DNA of 64,000 nucleotides. It comes from an uncultured Flavobacteriales bacterium (GTDB lineage Bacteria; Bacteroidota; Bacteroidia; Flavobacteriales; UBA1820). The notes beneath the pieces are model-generated. The model did no database searches. It was not told the DNA's origin and saw only the letters and a program-made list of their open reading frames with translations. The position numbers and the translations under genes are program-made. Shown here piece after piece: positions 57,082-64,000 of the stretch. The stretch is taken from contig CABQBC010000005.1 in assembly GCA_902462305.1 (NCBI GenBank), positions 9,642 to 73,641 on the forward strand. The letters run 5' to 3'. The first letter of the stretch is position 1. Every line of letters begins with the position of its first letter.

Positions 57082-57308
57082 TTTTTTTGTTGCGATAAGA
57101 TTTGAAAGGGTGTTAATGATTGCTGTTATTTTATTTACGGTGACAAATTTTGCGGTTTTTCCCGGAAATTCGTGTTTATTAAAAATTACTTCCGTTGTCC
57201 CGGTGAGCGATGTGTTTGGCGGCGGTTCCACGTGGGGCAACTGTTATGTAAATAAAAACTCCGGGGCGTTTACGCCCCGGAGTTGTCTGTTTATAGACGG
57301 GAAATCCG

Positions 57309-57752
57309 TTATCTGAGTTTCTTAAAAAAGTCGTCCAGTAAAGTCCGGCATTCGTTTTCCAGTACACCGGAGCGGACTTCTGTCCTAGGGTGCAGTGAAG
57401 CGCCCATCGAGCGATAGCCCCTTTTCGGATCGGATGCTCCGAACACGAGCCTCGGCAGCTGCGCCCAGTACATGGCTCCGGCACACATCTGGCATGGTTC
57501 GAGCGTTACGTAAAGCGTACATCCTGCCAGATATTTGCCGCCTATCGACTGTGCTGCCGATGTTATGGCCTGCATTTCGGCATGGGCCGTCACATCGTTG
57601 AGGGTCTCGGTCATGTTGTGTCCGCGCGCAATGATACGTCCTCCGCCGGTTATAACTACCCCTACGGGTATTTCACCCCGCTCGGAAGCCATCTGAGCCT
57701 GTGCTAAGGCCTGACGCATGAAATATTCGTCGCTGCCGTATTCTTCGGTCAT
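57309..57752 (-). CDS. tadA: tRNA-specific adenosine deaminase
   Basis: Deaminase zinc motifs HAEM.AI and PC.MCAGA. About 148 aa from the ATG at 57752, which lies 19 nt after the rnr stop. Confidence 0.9.
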   Translation of the reverse strand: MTEEYGSDEYFMRQALAQAQMASERGEIPVGVVITGGGRIIARGHNMTETLNDVTAHAEMQAITSAAQSIGGKYLAGCTLYVTLEPCQMCAGAMYWAQLPRLVFGASDPKRGYRSMGASLHPRTEVRSGVLENECRTLLDDFFKKLR

Positions 57753-57771
57753 GTGTGTGGGCAGGTGTGTG

Positions 57772-60033
57772 TTATTTTTCGTCGGCCACGCGTATGAATT
57801 CAAAATCCAGCTGTTTGCGCTCCAAATCAGCATTTTTGACTCTTACTACGACTTCGTCGCCAAGTTGGAGCACATTATGGCTGTTTTCGCCTACCAGCGC
57901 GAAATTCTTGGCGTCGAACGAGTAATAGTCGTCGCGTATGTCGCGTATCCTCACCAGACCCTCGCATTTATTGTCGATAAGCTCCACGTATATGCCCCAT
58001 TCGGTAACTCCGGAAATAACTCCTTTGAACTCCTGGTCGGCATGCTTTGCCATGTATTTGACTTGCATGTATTTGACCGAGTCGCGTTCGGCATCGGCGG
58101 CCACACGTTCCCTTTGCGAAGCGTATTTGCATTTTTCTTCGTACAGGTCGCGTTCGGCACTCTTGCCTTTGTTCAGATAATGCTGGAGCAGGCGGTGTAC
58201 CATAACGTCCGGGTATCGGCGTATCGGCGATGTGAAGTGCGTGTAAAAATCGAAAGCCAGTCCGTAGTGGCCGATGTTTTCTGTGGAGTACTCGGCTTTG
58301 GCCATCGATCGCATGGCGAGCGTTTCCATCATGTTGCCTTCTTTCTTGCCGTGGCTTTCGGTAAGGAGCTTGTTGAGCGATTTGGCTATCGATGCGCGGT
58401 CTTTGGTGGCCACTTTATAGCCGAACTGTTTTGCAACGCCTGAGAGAGCCATCAGCTTGTCGGGGTTCGGGTCGTCGTGCACTCGGTAAACGAATGTCGG
58501 AGCCTGGCCTTTGTAGTGTTCGTCTTTGCGGAGTTCCTGCCCTACGAAAGTGGCCACGCGGCGGTTTGCCAGCAGCATGAATTCTTCTATAAGTTTGTTG
58601 GAGTCTTTCGATTCTTTGAAAAACACTCCGACTGGTTCGTTGTCCTTGTCGAGATTGAATTTCACTTCCAGCTTGTCGAACGATATGGCTCCGTCCTTCA
58701 GGCGGCGCGAACGCAGTTTTTTAGCCATAGCGTCCAAAGCGAGTATCTCGTCCTTCAGGGGACCGTCGCCGCCTTCTATCACGGCCTGCGCTTCTTCGTA
58801 CGTGAAGCGTTTGTTGGAGCGGGTGACAGTGCGGCCGAACCATTCGTCGAGTACGCGTGCTTCCTTGTCCATTTCAAACACAGCCGAGAATGTCAGCTTA
58901 TCCTCGTCAGGGCGCAGGGAACATACGTTGTTGCTCAGTATTTCGGGCAGCATGGGAACGACGCGGTCCACAAGGTACACCGAAGTGCCGCGGTCGTAAG
59001 CCTCGCCGTCGAGGTCCGTACCTTCTTTCACGTAATGCGAAACGTCGGCGATATGTACTCCTACCTGGTAGTTGCCGTTTTCCAGAAGGTCTATCGACAG
59101 CGCGTCGTCGAAGTCCTTGGCATCCGCCGGGTCTATCGTAAATGTGGTGGCTGCACGCATATCGCGCCGCCTTCCTATTTCCTCTTCGCTTATTTCGAGC
59201 GGCAGAGAAGCCGCTTCCTTTTCAATTTCATCGGTAAATTTGTACGGCAGACCGTATTCGGCCAGTATCGAGTGTATCTCCACGTCGTGTTCGCCGGGAC
59301 GTCCCAGAACGTCCGTGATACGCCCTACGGGATTGGCTACTTTGTCCGGCCATTCCGCTATTTCGACAACTACCTTGTCGCCGTCTTTCACATCGCCTAG
59401 GCTTTCTTTGGGAATGTAAAAATTGATGTTTATGCGGTTGTTGTCCGGGATCACGAACCCGAAATGCTGCGACAGTTCCAGACGTCCTACGAATTGTGTC
59501 TTGGCGCGGGATATTATCTCCACCACTTCGCCTTCGGGGCGGCGGCCAGGCTTGCGCCGGAACACGTACACCCGTACCTTGTCCCCGTGCAGCCCTTTGG
59601 CTACGGCGTTTGAAGGTATGTATATGTCGTCCTTGTATTTTTCCTTGTCGTCGGGTACCAGATATGCCGCACCGGAGGACATGAAGTCCAGTTTTCCGGT
59701 TATGTACTGCGAATGGGCGGCCGCTTTGTAACGTCCCGTTTCCGGTTCTTCAAGTTGTCCGGCCGCAGTGAGGTTTTCCAGCGCTTGCTGGACTTTGTTC
59801 TGTGTACGGTTGTCGTCGCCCTCCAGGCGCGAGGCTACTTGTTTGCAGTTATATACTGCCGTCGGATTCTTGTGAAATACTCCCAGTACCGATATCTCGA
59901 AAGGACTTAACGTGTTATGGTCGTTGCCGTAAACTGTCCCGGATTCTTTTTTCTTTTTATTGTCGCGTTTCCCGTGCGATTTTTTGTCTTTTTTAAAAAA
60001 AGCCTGTTTGTTTTCCTGTCGTTTCTTTCTCAT
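57772..60033 (-). CDS. rnr: Ribonuclease R
   Basis: 753 aa: Lys-rich N-terminus, cold-shock-like domains, RNB catalytic domain (TIDP.DAKD.DDA) and a C-terminal S1 domain. Confidence 0.93.
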   Translation of the reverse strand: MRKKRQENKQAFFKKDKKSHGKRDNKKKKESGTVYGNDHNTLSPFEISVLGVFHKNPTAVYNCKQVASRLEGDDNRTQNKVQQALENLTAAGQLEEPETGRYKAAAHSQYITGKLDFMSSGAAYLVPDDKEKYKDDIYIPSNAVAKGLHGDKVRVYVFRRKPGRRPEGEVVEIISRAKTQFVGRLELSQHFGFVIPDNNRININFYIPKESLGDVKDGDKVVVEIAEWPDKVANPVGRITDVLGRPGEHDVEIHSILAEYGLPYKFTDEIEKEAASLPLEISEEEIGRRRDMRAATTFTIDPADAKDFDDALSIDLLENGNYQVGVHIADVSHYVKEGTDLDGEAYDRGTSVYLVDRVVPMLPEILSNNVCSLRPDEDKLTFSAVFEMDKEARVLDEWFGRTVTRSNKRFTYEEAQAVIEGGDGPLKDEILALDAMAKKLRSRRLKDGAISFDKLEVKFNLDKDNEPVGVFFKESKDSNKLIEEFMLLANRRVATFVGQELRKDEHYKGQAPTFVYRVHDDPNPDKLMALSGVAKQFGYKVATKDRASIAKSLNKLLTESHGKKEGNMMETLAMRSMAKAEYSTENIGHYGLAFDFYTHFTSPIRRYPDVMVHRLLQHYLNKGKSAERDLYEEKCKYASQRERVAADAERDSVKYMQVKYMAKHADQEFKGVISGVTEWGIYVELIDNKCEGLVRIRDIRDDYYSFDAKNFALVGENSHNVLQLGDEVVVRVKNADLERKQLDFEFIRVADEK

Positions 60034-60091
60034 GTTTCTCTTTACTTTCGTTTTGTTTTCCCTGCCTTTCGGGTAAGTGCGCAGGAGTTGT

Positions 60092-60526
60092 TTACTTGCA
60101 GGCCGGTATCTTGTCTATGCGCCTCTGGTGCCTTCCGCCTTCGAACGGTTCGGAAAGGAAAATGTCCACCATTTCCAACGCCGTTTCCGGCGATACGAAG
60201 CGCGCCGGGATATCCAGCACGTTTGCGTCGTTGTGCGCGCGTGCCAGACGGGCTATCTCCGGCATCCAGCACAATGCGGCCCGTATGCCCTGGTGTTTGT
60301 TTGCCGTCATGCCAGCTCCGTTTCCGCTTCCGCACAGTATTATACCCATGTCGGCATCTCCTTTTTCAACAGCATCGGCCACCGGGTGTATGTAGTCCGG
60401 GTAGTCCACGCTTTCGGTTGTCTGCGGCCCGAAGTCCTGCGTTTCGATACCTTTGTTTTTGAGGTGTTCCACTATCGCTTTTTTATATTCGACCCCTGCG
60501 TGGTCGCTTCCGAGAGCAATTTTCAT
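60092..60526 (-). CDS. rpiB: Ribose-5-phosphate isomerase B
   Basis: MKIALGSDHAG...ILCGSGNG..M.ANK..GIRAA are RpiB/LacAB hallmarks. ATG at 60526 chosen. Confidence 0.93.
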   Translation of the reverse strand: MKIALGSDHAGVEYKKAIVEHLKNKGIETQDFGPQTTESVDYPDYIHPVADAVEKGDADMGIILCGSGNGAGMTANKHQGIRAALCWMPEIARLARAHNDANVLDIPARFVSPETALEMVDIFLSEPFEGGRHQRRIDKIPACK

Positions 60527-60574
60527 ATCCGTAATATGTTTATTGAAGTTAACCTTAAAAATCATTGTGCCTTA

Positions 60575-60582
60575 CAAAGGTA
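60575..60582 (-). promoter_or_regulatory. Candidate -7 box (TACCTTTG on the minus strand) for the colinear genes rpiB, rnr and tadA
   Basis: The plus strand reads CAAAGGTA at 60575-60582, 48 nt upstream of the rpiB ATG. Confidence 0.5.
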
Positions 60583-60677
60583 GTTTTATTTTCCGACACT
60601 TCGTTTCTTTAGGACGCCAAAAGGTGTGGACTGCCCAAAAAAAAGGGACGCCGGCATTCGGGAACGGAATAATTGTA

Positions 60678-60685
60678 TAAATTTG
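60678..60685 (+). promoter_or_regulatory. Candidate -7 box TAAATTTG for the PNPOx-family gene
   Basis: Exact TAnnTTTG match 27 nt upstream of the ATG at 60713. Confidence 0.5.
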
Positions 60686-60712
60686 TTTCAAACGAAAAAC
60701 GATATACCCGAC

Positions 60713-61171
60713 ATGAAAACATCCGCTTTTAAATTGCCGCAAATAGTGGAATCCGCCGACACGGTATGCCTTGCCACGACAGGGACTGACGGTTTCCCGT
60801 CGGTCAGGGCTATGCTCAATCTGAAAAATACATCCCTTTATCCTCATCTGGCGCCGCTTTATGCCCTTGAGAAAAACCCGCTTGCGATATATTTGACCAC
60901 AAATGCATCTTCGGCTAAGATGGACGAGATACGCGCGTGTCCTAAAGCCTGCCTTTATTATTGTGACAGCGGCCGTTTTCTGGGAATAATGCTCAAAGGC
61001 AATGTGGAAGTAGTGGAGGACGCCGCATTCAAAGCCGCCGCATGGGGGCCGGGATGGGAAGAATACTACCCTGAAGGGCCGCAGTCCGACGATTTCGTTA
61101 TGCTGAGGTTTACGCCCGCCGTTGTGAAAAGCTATTCGGACCTCAGCGTGGAGGCTGTTGAGCTGGCGTGA
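60713..61171 (+). CDS. Pyridoxamine 5'-phosphate oxidase-family (FMN-binding split-barrel) protein
   Basis: About 152 aa. VCLATTGTDGFPSVRAM and the later YY......LG.MLKG.VEVVED are typical of the PNPOx-like split barrel. Start moved to 60713. Confidence 0.65.
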   Translation: MKTSAFKLPQIVESADTVCLATTGTDGFPSVRAMLNLKNTSLYPHLAPLYALEKNPLAIYLTTNASSAKMDEIRACPKACLYYCDSGRFLGIMLKGNVEVVEDAAFKAAAWGPGWEEYYPEGPQSDDFVMLRFTPAVVKSYSDLSVEAVELA

Positions 61172-61228
61172 TATGATAGATAATATTTTGGCTGCAAAAT
61201 AAAAAATTACGGACGATAGAAGATATAT

Positions 61229-62506
61229 ATGGAATTTCTTATAATACTGGGATTGATATTGCTCAACGGCATTTTCTCAATGTCGGAAATAGCTGTGGTC
61301 TCGGCACGTAAATCGCGCCTTGAAATAGATGCCAACAAAGGCAGTTCCGGCGCGCGCACTGCACTTAAACTGGCCGAAAATCCGGACCGTTTCCTCTCGA
61401 CGATACAGATAGGGATAACCCTGATAGGAATACTGACAGGTCTTTTTTCCGGCGATATGCTTGCGGTGTACGTTACGGACTGGATAGAGCGCATAGGCAT
61501 ATTGGCGCCGTATGCTCCGGCCATAGCGAAAGGGCTGATAGTGGTGGTGGTGACGTATCTGACGCTCATATTGGGCGAACTGGTTCCCAAGAGGATAGGT
61601 CTGGGGGCTTCGGGCACTGTGTCGAAGATTGTTTCCCGTCCCATGGATTTCCTATCCAAACTGGCCCTGCCGTTCGTGTGGGTTTTGTCCAAAAGCACTG
61701 AAATGGTGGTCAGGCTCATCGGTTTTAACCGTTCGGAGCAGGATTCTGTGACCGAGGAAGAAATAAAGGCGATAATAGCCCAGGGAACTGAAGGCGGGGA
61801 AATACGCCCTGTGGAGCGCGATATAGTGGACCGAGTGTTTTCACTCGGAGACCGCGATATAGCATCGCTCATGACCCCGCGAGGCGATATTGTTTATATA
61901 GACGTAACGCAATCCGAGGAGCAGATACGCCTTATGATAAAGAACAACGTGTTCAACGTGTATCCTGTATGCCGAGGAGGACTGGACGATATAATAGGCG
62001 TTGTGACGCTTAAAGACCTTTTCGCCCATGCCGACGACGAGAATTTCCGTATACAGGAGATAATACGCCCGGCAGAGTACATACCGGAAAACATGGGCGT
62101 TTACAATGCATTGGAACTGCTCAAACAGTCGAGTGTCAAATGCGGTATCGTTATAGACGAATTCGGCAGCGTGGAAGGCATCGTGACGCTCAAGGATATG
62201 ATAAAAGGGCTTTTGGGCAATATGCCGGAGGCAGGTGAGGAAGATATGATAATACAGCGGCAGGACGGTTCGTATTTTGTGGACGGACAATGCCCGTTTT
62301 ATGACTTTCTCGAATATTTCGATATAGAAAATCTCTATACCGATTACAATTACAATACGCTCGGAGGTCTTATCTTTGGTATATTGCAGCATGTGCCGCG
62401 CACCGGCGAGCGTTTCTGCTGGCTTTCGTTCGAGATGGAAATAGCCGATATGGACGGAGCCCGCATAGACAAGGTCGTGGTGAGAAAGAACGGCCCGTGC
62501 GATTGA
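61229..62506 (+). CDS. CNNM/CorC-HlyC family protein (DUF21 membrane domain, CBS pair, CorC_HlyC domain), annotated in many genomes as hemolysin family protein
   Basis: The N-terminal LLNG.FSMSE.A.VSARK..L is the DUF21 signature. A CBS pair and a C-terminal transporter-associated domain follow. Confidence 0.85.
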   Translation: MEFLIILGLILLNGIFSMSEIAVVSARKSRLEIDANKGSSGARTALKLAENPDRFLSTIQIGITLIGILTGLFSGDMLAVYVTDWIERIGILAPYAPAIAKGLIVVVVTYLTLILGELVPKRIGLGASGTVSKIVSRPMDFLSKLALPFVWVLSKSTEMVVRLIGFNRSEQDSVTEEEIKAIIAQGTEGGEIRPVERDIVDRVFSLGDRDIASLMTPRGDIVYIDVTQSEEQIRLMIKNNVFNVYPVCRGGLDDIIGVVTLKDLFAHADDENFRIQEIIRPAEYIPENMGVYNALELLKQSSVKCGIVIDEFGSVEGIVTLKDMIKGLLGNMPEAGEEDMIIQRQDGSYFVDGQCPFYDFLEYFDIENLYTDYNYNTLGGLIFGILQHVPRTGERFCWLSFEMEIADMDGARIDKVVVRKNGPCD

Positions 62507-62549
62507 ACAGCGATTGTACAACGTATGAAAAACCTAAAACCTCTTTAAT

Positions 62550-63296
62550 ATGAAAAAAATAGTACTTCTGCGCCATGGAGAGAGCGCATGGAACCGCGAG
62601 AACCGTTTTACCGGCTGGACCGATGTGGACCTGACGGAAAAAGGCGTAGGCGAAGCCTACCGTGCGGGTGAACTTATGAAAAAGGAAAACTTCGCTTTCG
62701 ATAAGGCGTATACATCGTATCTCAAGCGTGCTGTCAAGACTCTCAACGGCGTGCTCGATGCGATGGACCAGGACTGGATACCGGTGGAAAAGGACTGGCG
62801 TCTCAATGAAAAACATTACGGTCAGCTCCAGGGGCTCAATAAGGCGGAAACAGCGGCGAAATACGGCGACGAGCAGGTGAAGATATGGCGGCGCAGTTTC
62901 GATGTGGCTCCGCAGCCGCTCACTGAGGATGATCCGCGCAATCCCCGTTTCGAGGCGAGGTATGACAGTGTCCCGGATAACATGTTGCCCCGTACAGAGT
63001 CGCTCAAGGATACGATAGAACGCATCATGCCGTACTGGAAGGAAACTATATTCCCTTCGCTCAAAGATGCGGAAGAGATTCTCGTAGTCGCGCACGGGAA
63101 CAGCTTGCGAGGTATTATAAAGCACCTGAAAGGCATATCCGACGAAGACATAGTTAACCTGAACCTGCCTACGGCAGTGCCTTATGTGTTTGAGTTCGAC
63201 GATGACATGAAACTTGTGAAAGACTATTTCCTGGGTGATCCTCAGGAGATAAAAAAACTTATGGAGGCGGTTGCCAATCAGGGAAAAAAGAAATGA
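62550..63296 (+). CDS. gpmA: 2,3-bisphosphoglycerate-dependent phosphoglycerate mutase
   Basis: LLRHGES.WN.ENRFTGW.DVDL.EKG, ...RRS(F)D..PP and V.AHGNSLR are canonical dPGM motifs. Confidence 0.96.
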   Translation: MKKIVLLRHGESAWNRENRFTGWTDVDLTEKGVGEAYRAGELMKKENFAFDKAYTSYLKRAVKTLNGVLDAMDQDWIPVEKDWRLNEKHYGQLQGLNKAETAAKYGDEQVKIWRRSFDVAPQPLTEDDPRNPRFEARYDSVPDNMLPRTESLKDTIERIMPYWKETIFPSLKDAEEILVVAHGNSLRGIIKHLKGISDEDIVNLNLPTAVPYVFEFDDDMKLVKDYFLGDPQEIKKLMEAVANQGKKK

Positions 63297-63411
63297 TGCT
63301 TACGCAGGCCGGAGGTATGGTTCAATAGACAATAATATCGGGTCCGGGCGGAAGTGTCGGTTGCCGTGGTTCCGTCCGTCCTGTTTTAATATATATCTGT
63401 AAAATACATAT

Positions 63412-64000
63412 ATGCAAAACCTTAAGATAGCGTCCGTACAGTTCGAGGCGCGCGACAACGACAAAGAATACAACCTTTCGGTCATACGCCGTATGTGCCG
63501 CCGTGCGGCGGACGAGGGAGCGGATGTGGTGGCGTTCCATGAATGTTCGGTATGCGGATATACTTTCGCCAAGGACCTTACCCGCGGGGAACTCGCCGAT
63601 ATAGCCGAATTTATACCCGAAGGCCCCAGTACGCAGGAGCTGATAAGTATAGCGCGTCAAACGGGCGTTACCCTTCTTGCCGGTTTTTTCGAAAAGGATG
63701 AAGCAGGAGGCCTTTACAAAGCCCATGTGTGCGTTGACGGCAACGGATTGAAAGCGAAATACCGCAAACTGCATCCTTTCATACATCCGGCATTGACTCC
63801 GGGCGACAGGTATGTTGTGTTCGATATAAAAGGCTGGAAGTGCGGCATACTCGTGTGTTACGACAACAATATCATAGAAAACGTGCGTGCGACGAAACTT
63901 TTGGGGGCGGATATTATTTTCATGCCTCATGTGACCATGTGTACCCCTTCGCCGCGTCCCGGAGCAGGACTTGTGGATCCGGCGTTATGGCGTTGCAGGG
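63412..64000 (+). CDS. Carbon-nitrogen hydrolase (nitrilase superfamily), 3'-truncated by the window end
   Basis: Not in the ORF track because it has no stop in the window. My translation from the ATG at 63412 is MQNLKIASVQFEARDNDKEYNL...VVAFHECS...KYRKLHPF...GILVCYDN, which gives the Glu-Lys-Cys catalytic triad context. Confidence 0.8.
   Translation, partial: MQNLKIASVQFEARDNDKEYNLSVIRRMCRRAADEGADVVAFHECSVCGYTFAKDLTRGELADIAEFIPEGPSTQELISIARQTGVTLLAGFFEKDEAGGLYKAHVCVDGNGLKAKYRKLHPFIHPALTPGDRYVVFDIKGWKCGILVCYDNNIIENVRATKLLGADIIFMPHVTMCTPSPRPGAGLVDPALWRCR

Noticed and set aside
60034-60091. The gaps between rpiB and rnr (58 nt) and between rnr and tadA (19 nt), checked for internal promoters or terminators.
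   Set aside because: No TAnnTTTG match or hairpin with a U-tract is visible. The three genes are most simply read as co-transcribed from the box at 60575-60582, and nothing about the arrangement seems unusual.

Overview
This window looks like a core chromosomal segment of a Bacteroidales (phylum Bacteroidota) genome, with GC estimated by eye at about 50%. I base the taxon call on the protein sequences, the gene order and recurring TAnnTTTG promoter boxes. Positions 423-17674 hold an uninterrupted str/S10/spc/alpha ribosomal gene train of 32 genes, rpsL through rplQ, including fusA, secY, infA, rpmJ (missing from the ORF track) and rpoA. The rest is mostly housekeeping: carA, a beta-propeller lipoprotein and a HAD phosphatase; the eight-gene Bacteroides aerotolerance (Bat) operon (moxR, DUF58, a membrane protein, batA-E) on the minus strand; mtnN; two lipoprotein glycoside hydrolases (one large GH106-like, one GH127/DUF1680); a cysteine-free DUF164 protein next to Nif3; two paralogous secreted hypotheticals; a carboxylesterase, fbaA and a GAF-type free Met-R-sulfoxide reductase; a small AT-rich islet; pheS, a ZIP transporter and ettA; an exported cell-wall peptide cluster (M23 peptidase, SH3b-NlpC/P60, dipeptide epimerase, transglutaminase-like lipoprotein); class I fumarase; a degenerate LytM protein and a small OMP; the colinear run rpiB, rnr, tadA; a PNPOx-family protein, a CNNM/CorC protein, gpmA, and a truncated nitrilase-superfamily gene. 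I found no rRNA, tRNA, CRISPR array, IS element or recognisable defence system, so I cannot point to a clearly novel multi-gene system here. The most unusual items are: (1) a canonical twin-arginine signal on the enolase-superfamily dipeptide epimerase, inside a cluster where every protein has an export signal; (2) an exact 51-nt tandem repeat that duplicates the candidate ettA promoter; (3) a perfect 34-bp-arm inverted repeat between pheS and the ZIP gene; (4) an AT-rich islet with a possibly frameshifted two-TM ORF. Many ORF-track starts are over-extended, and I corrected them to internal ATGs.
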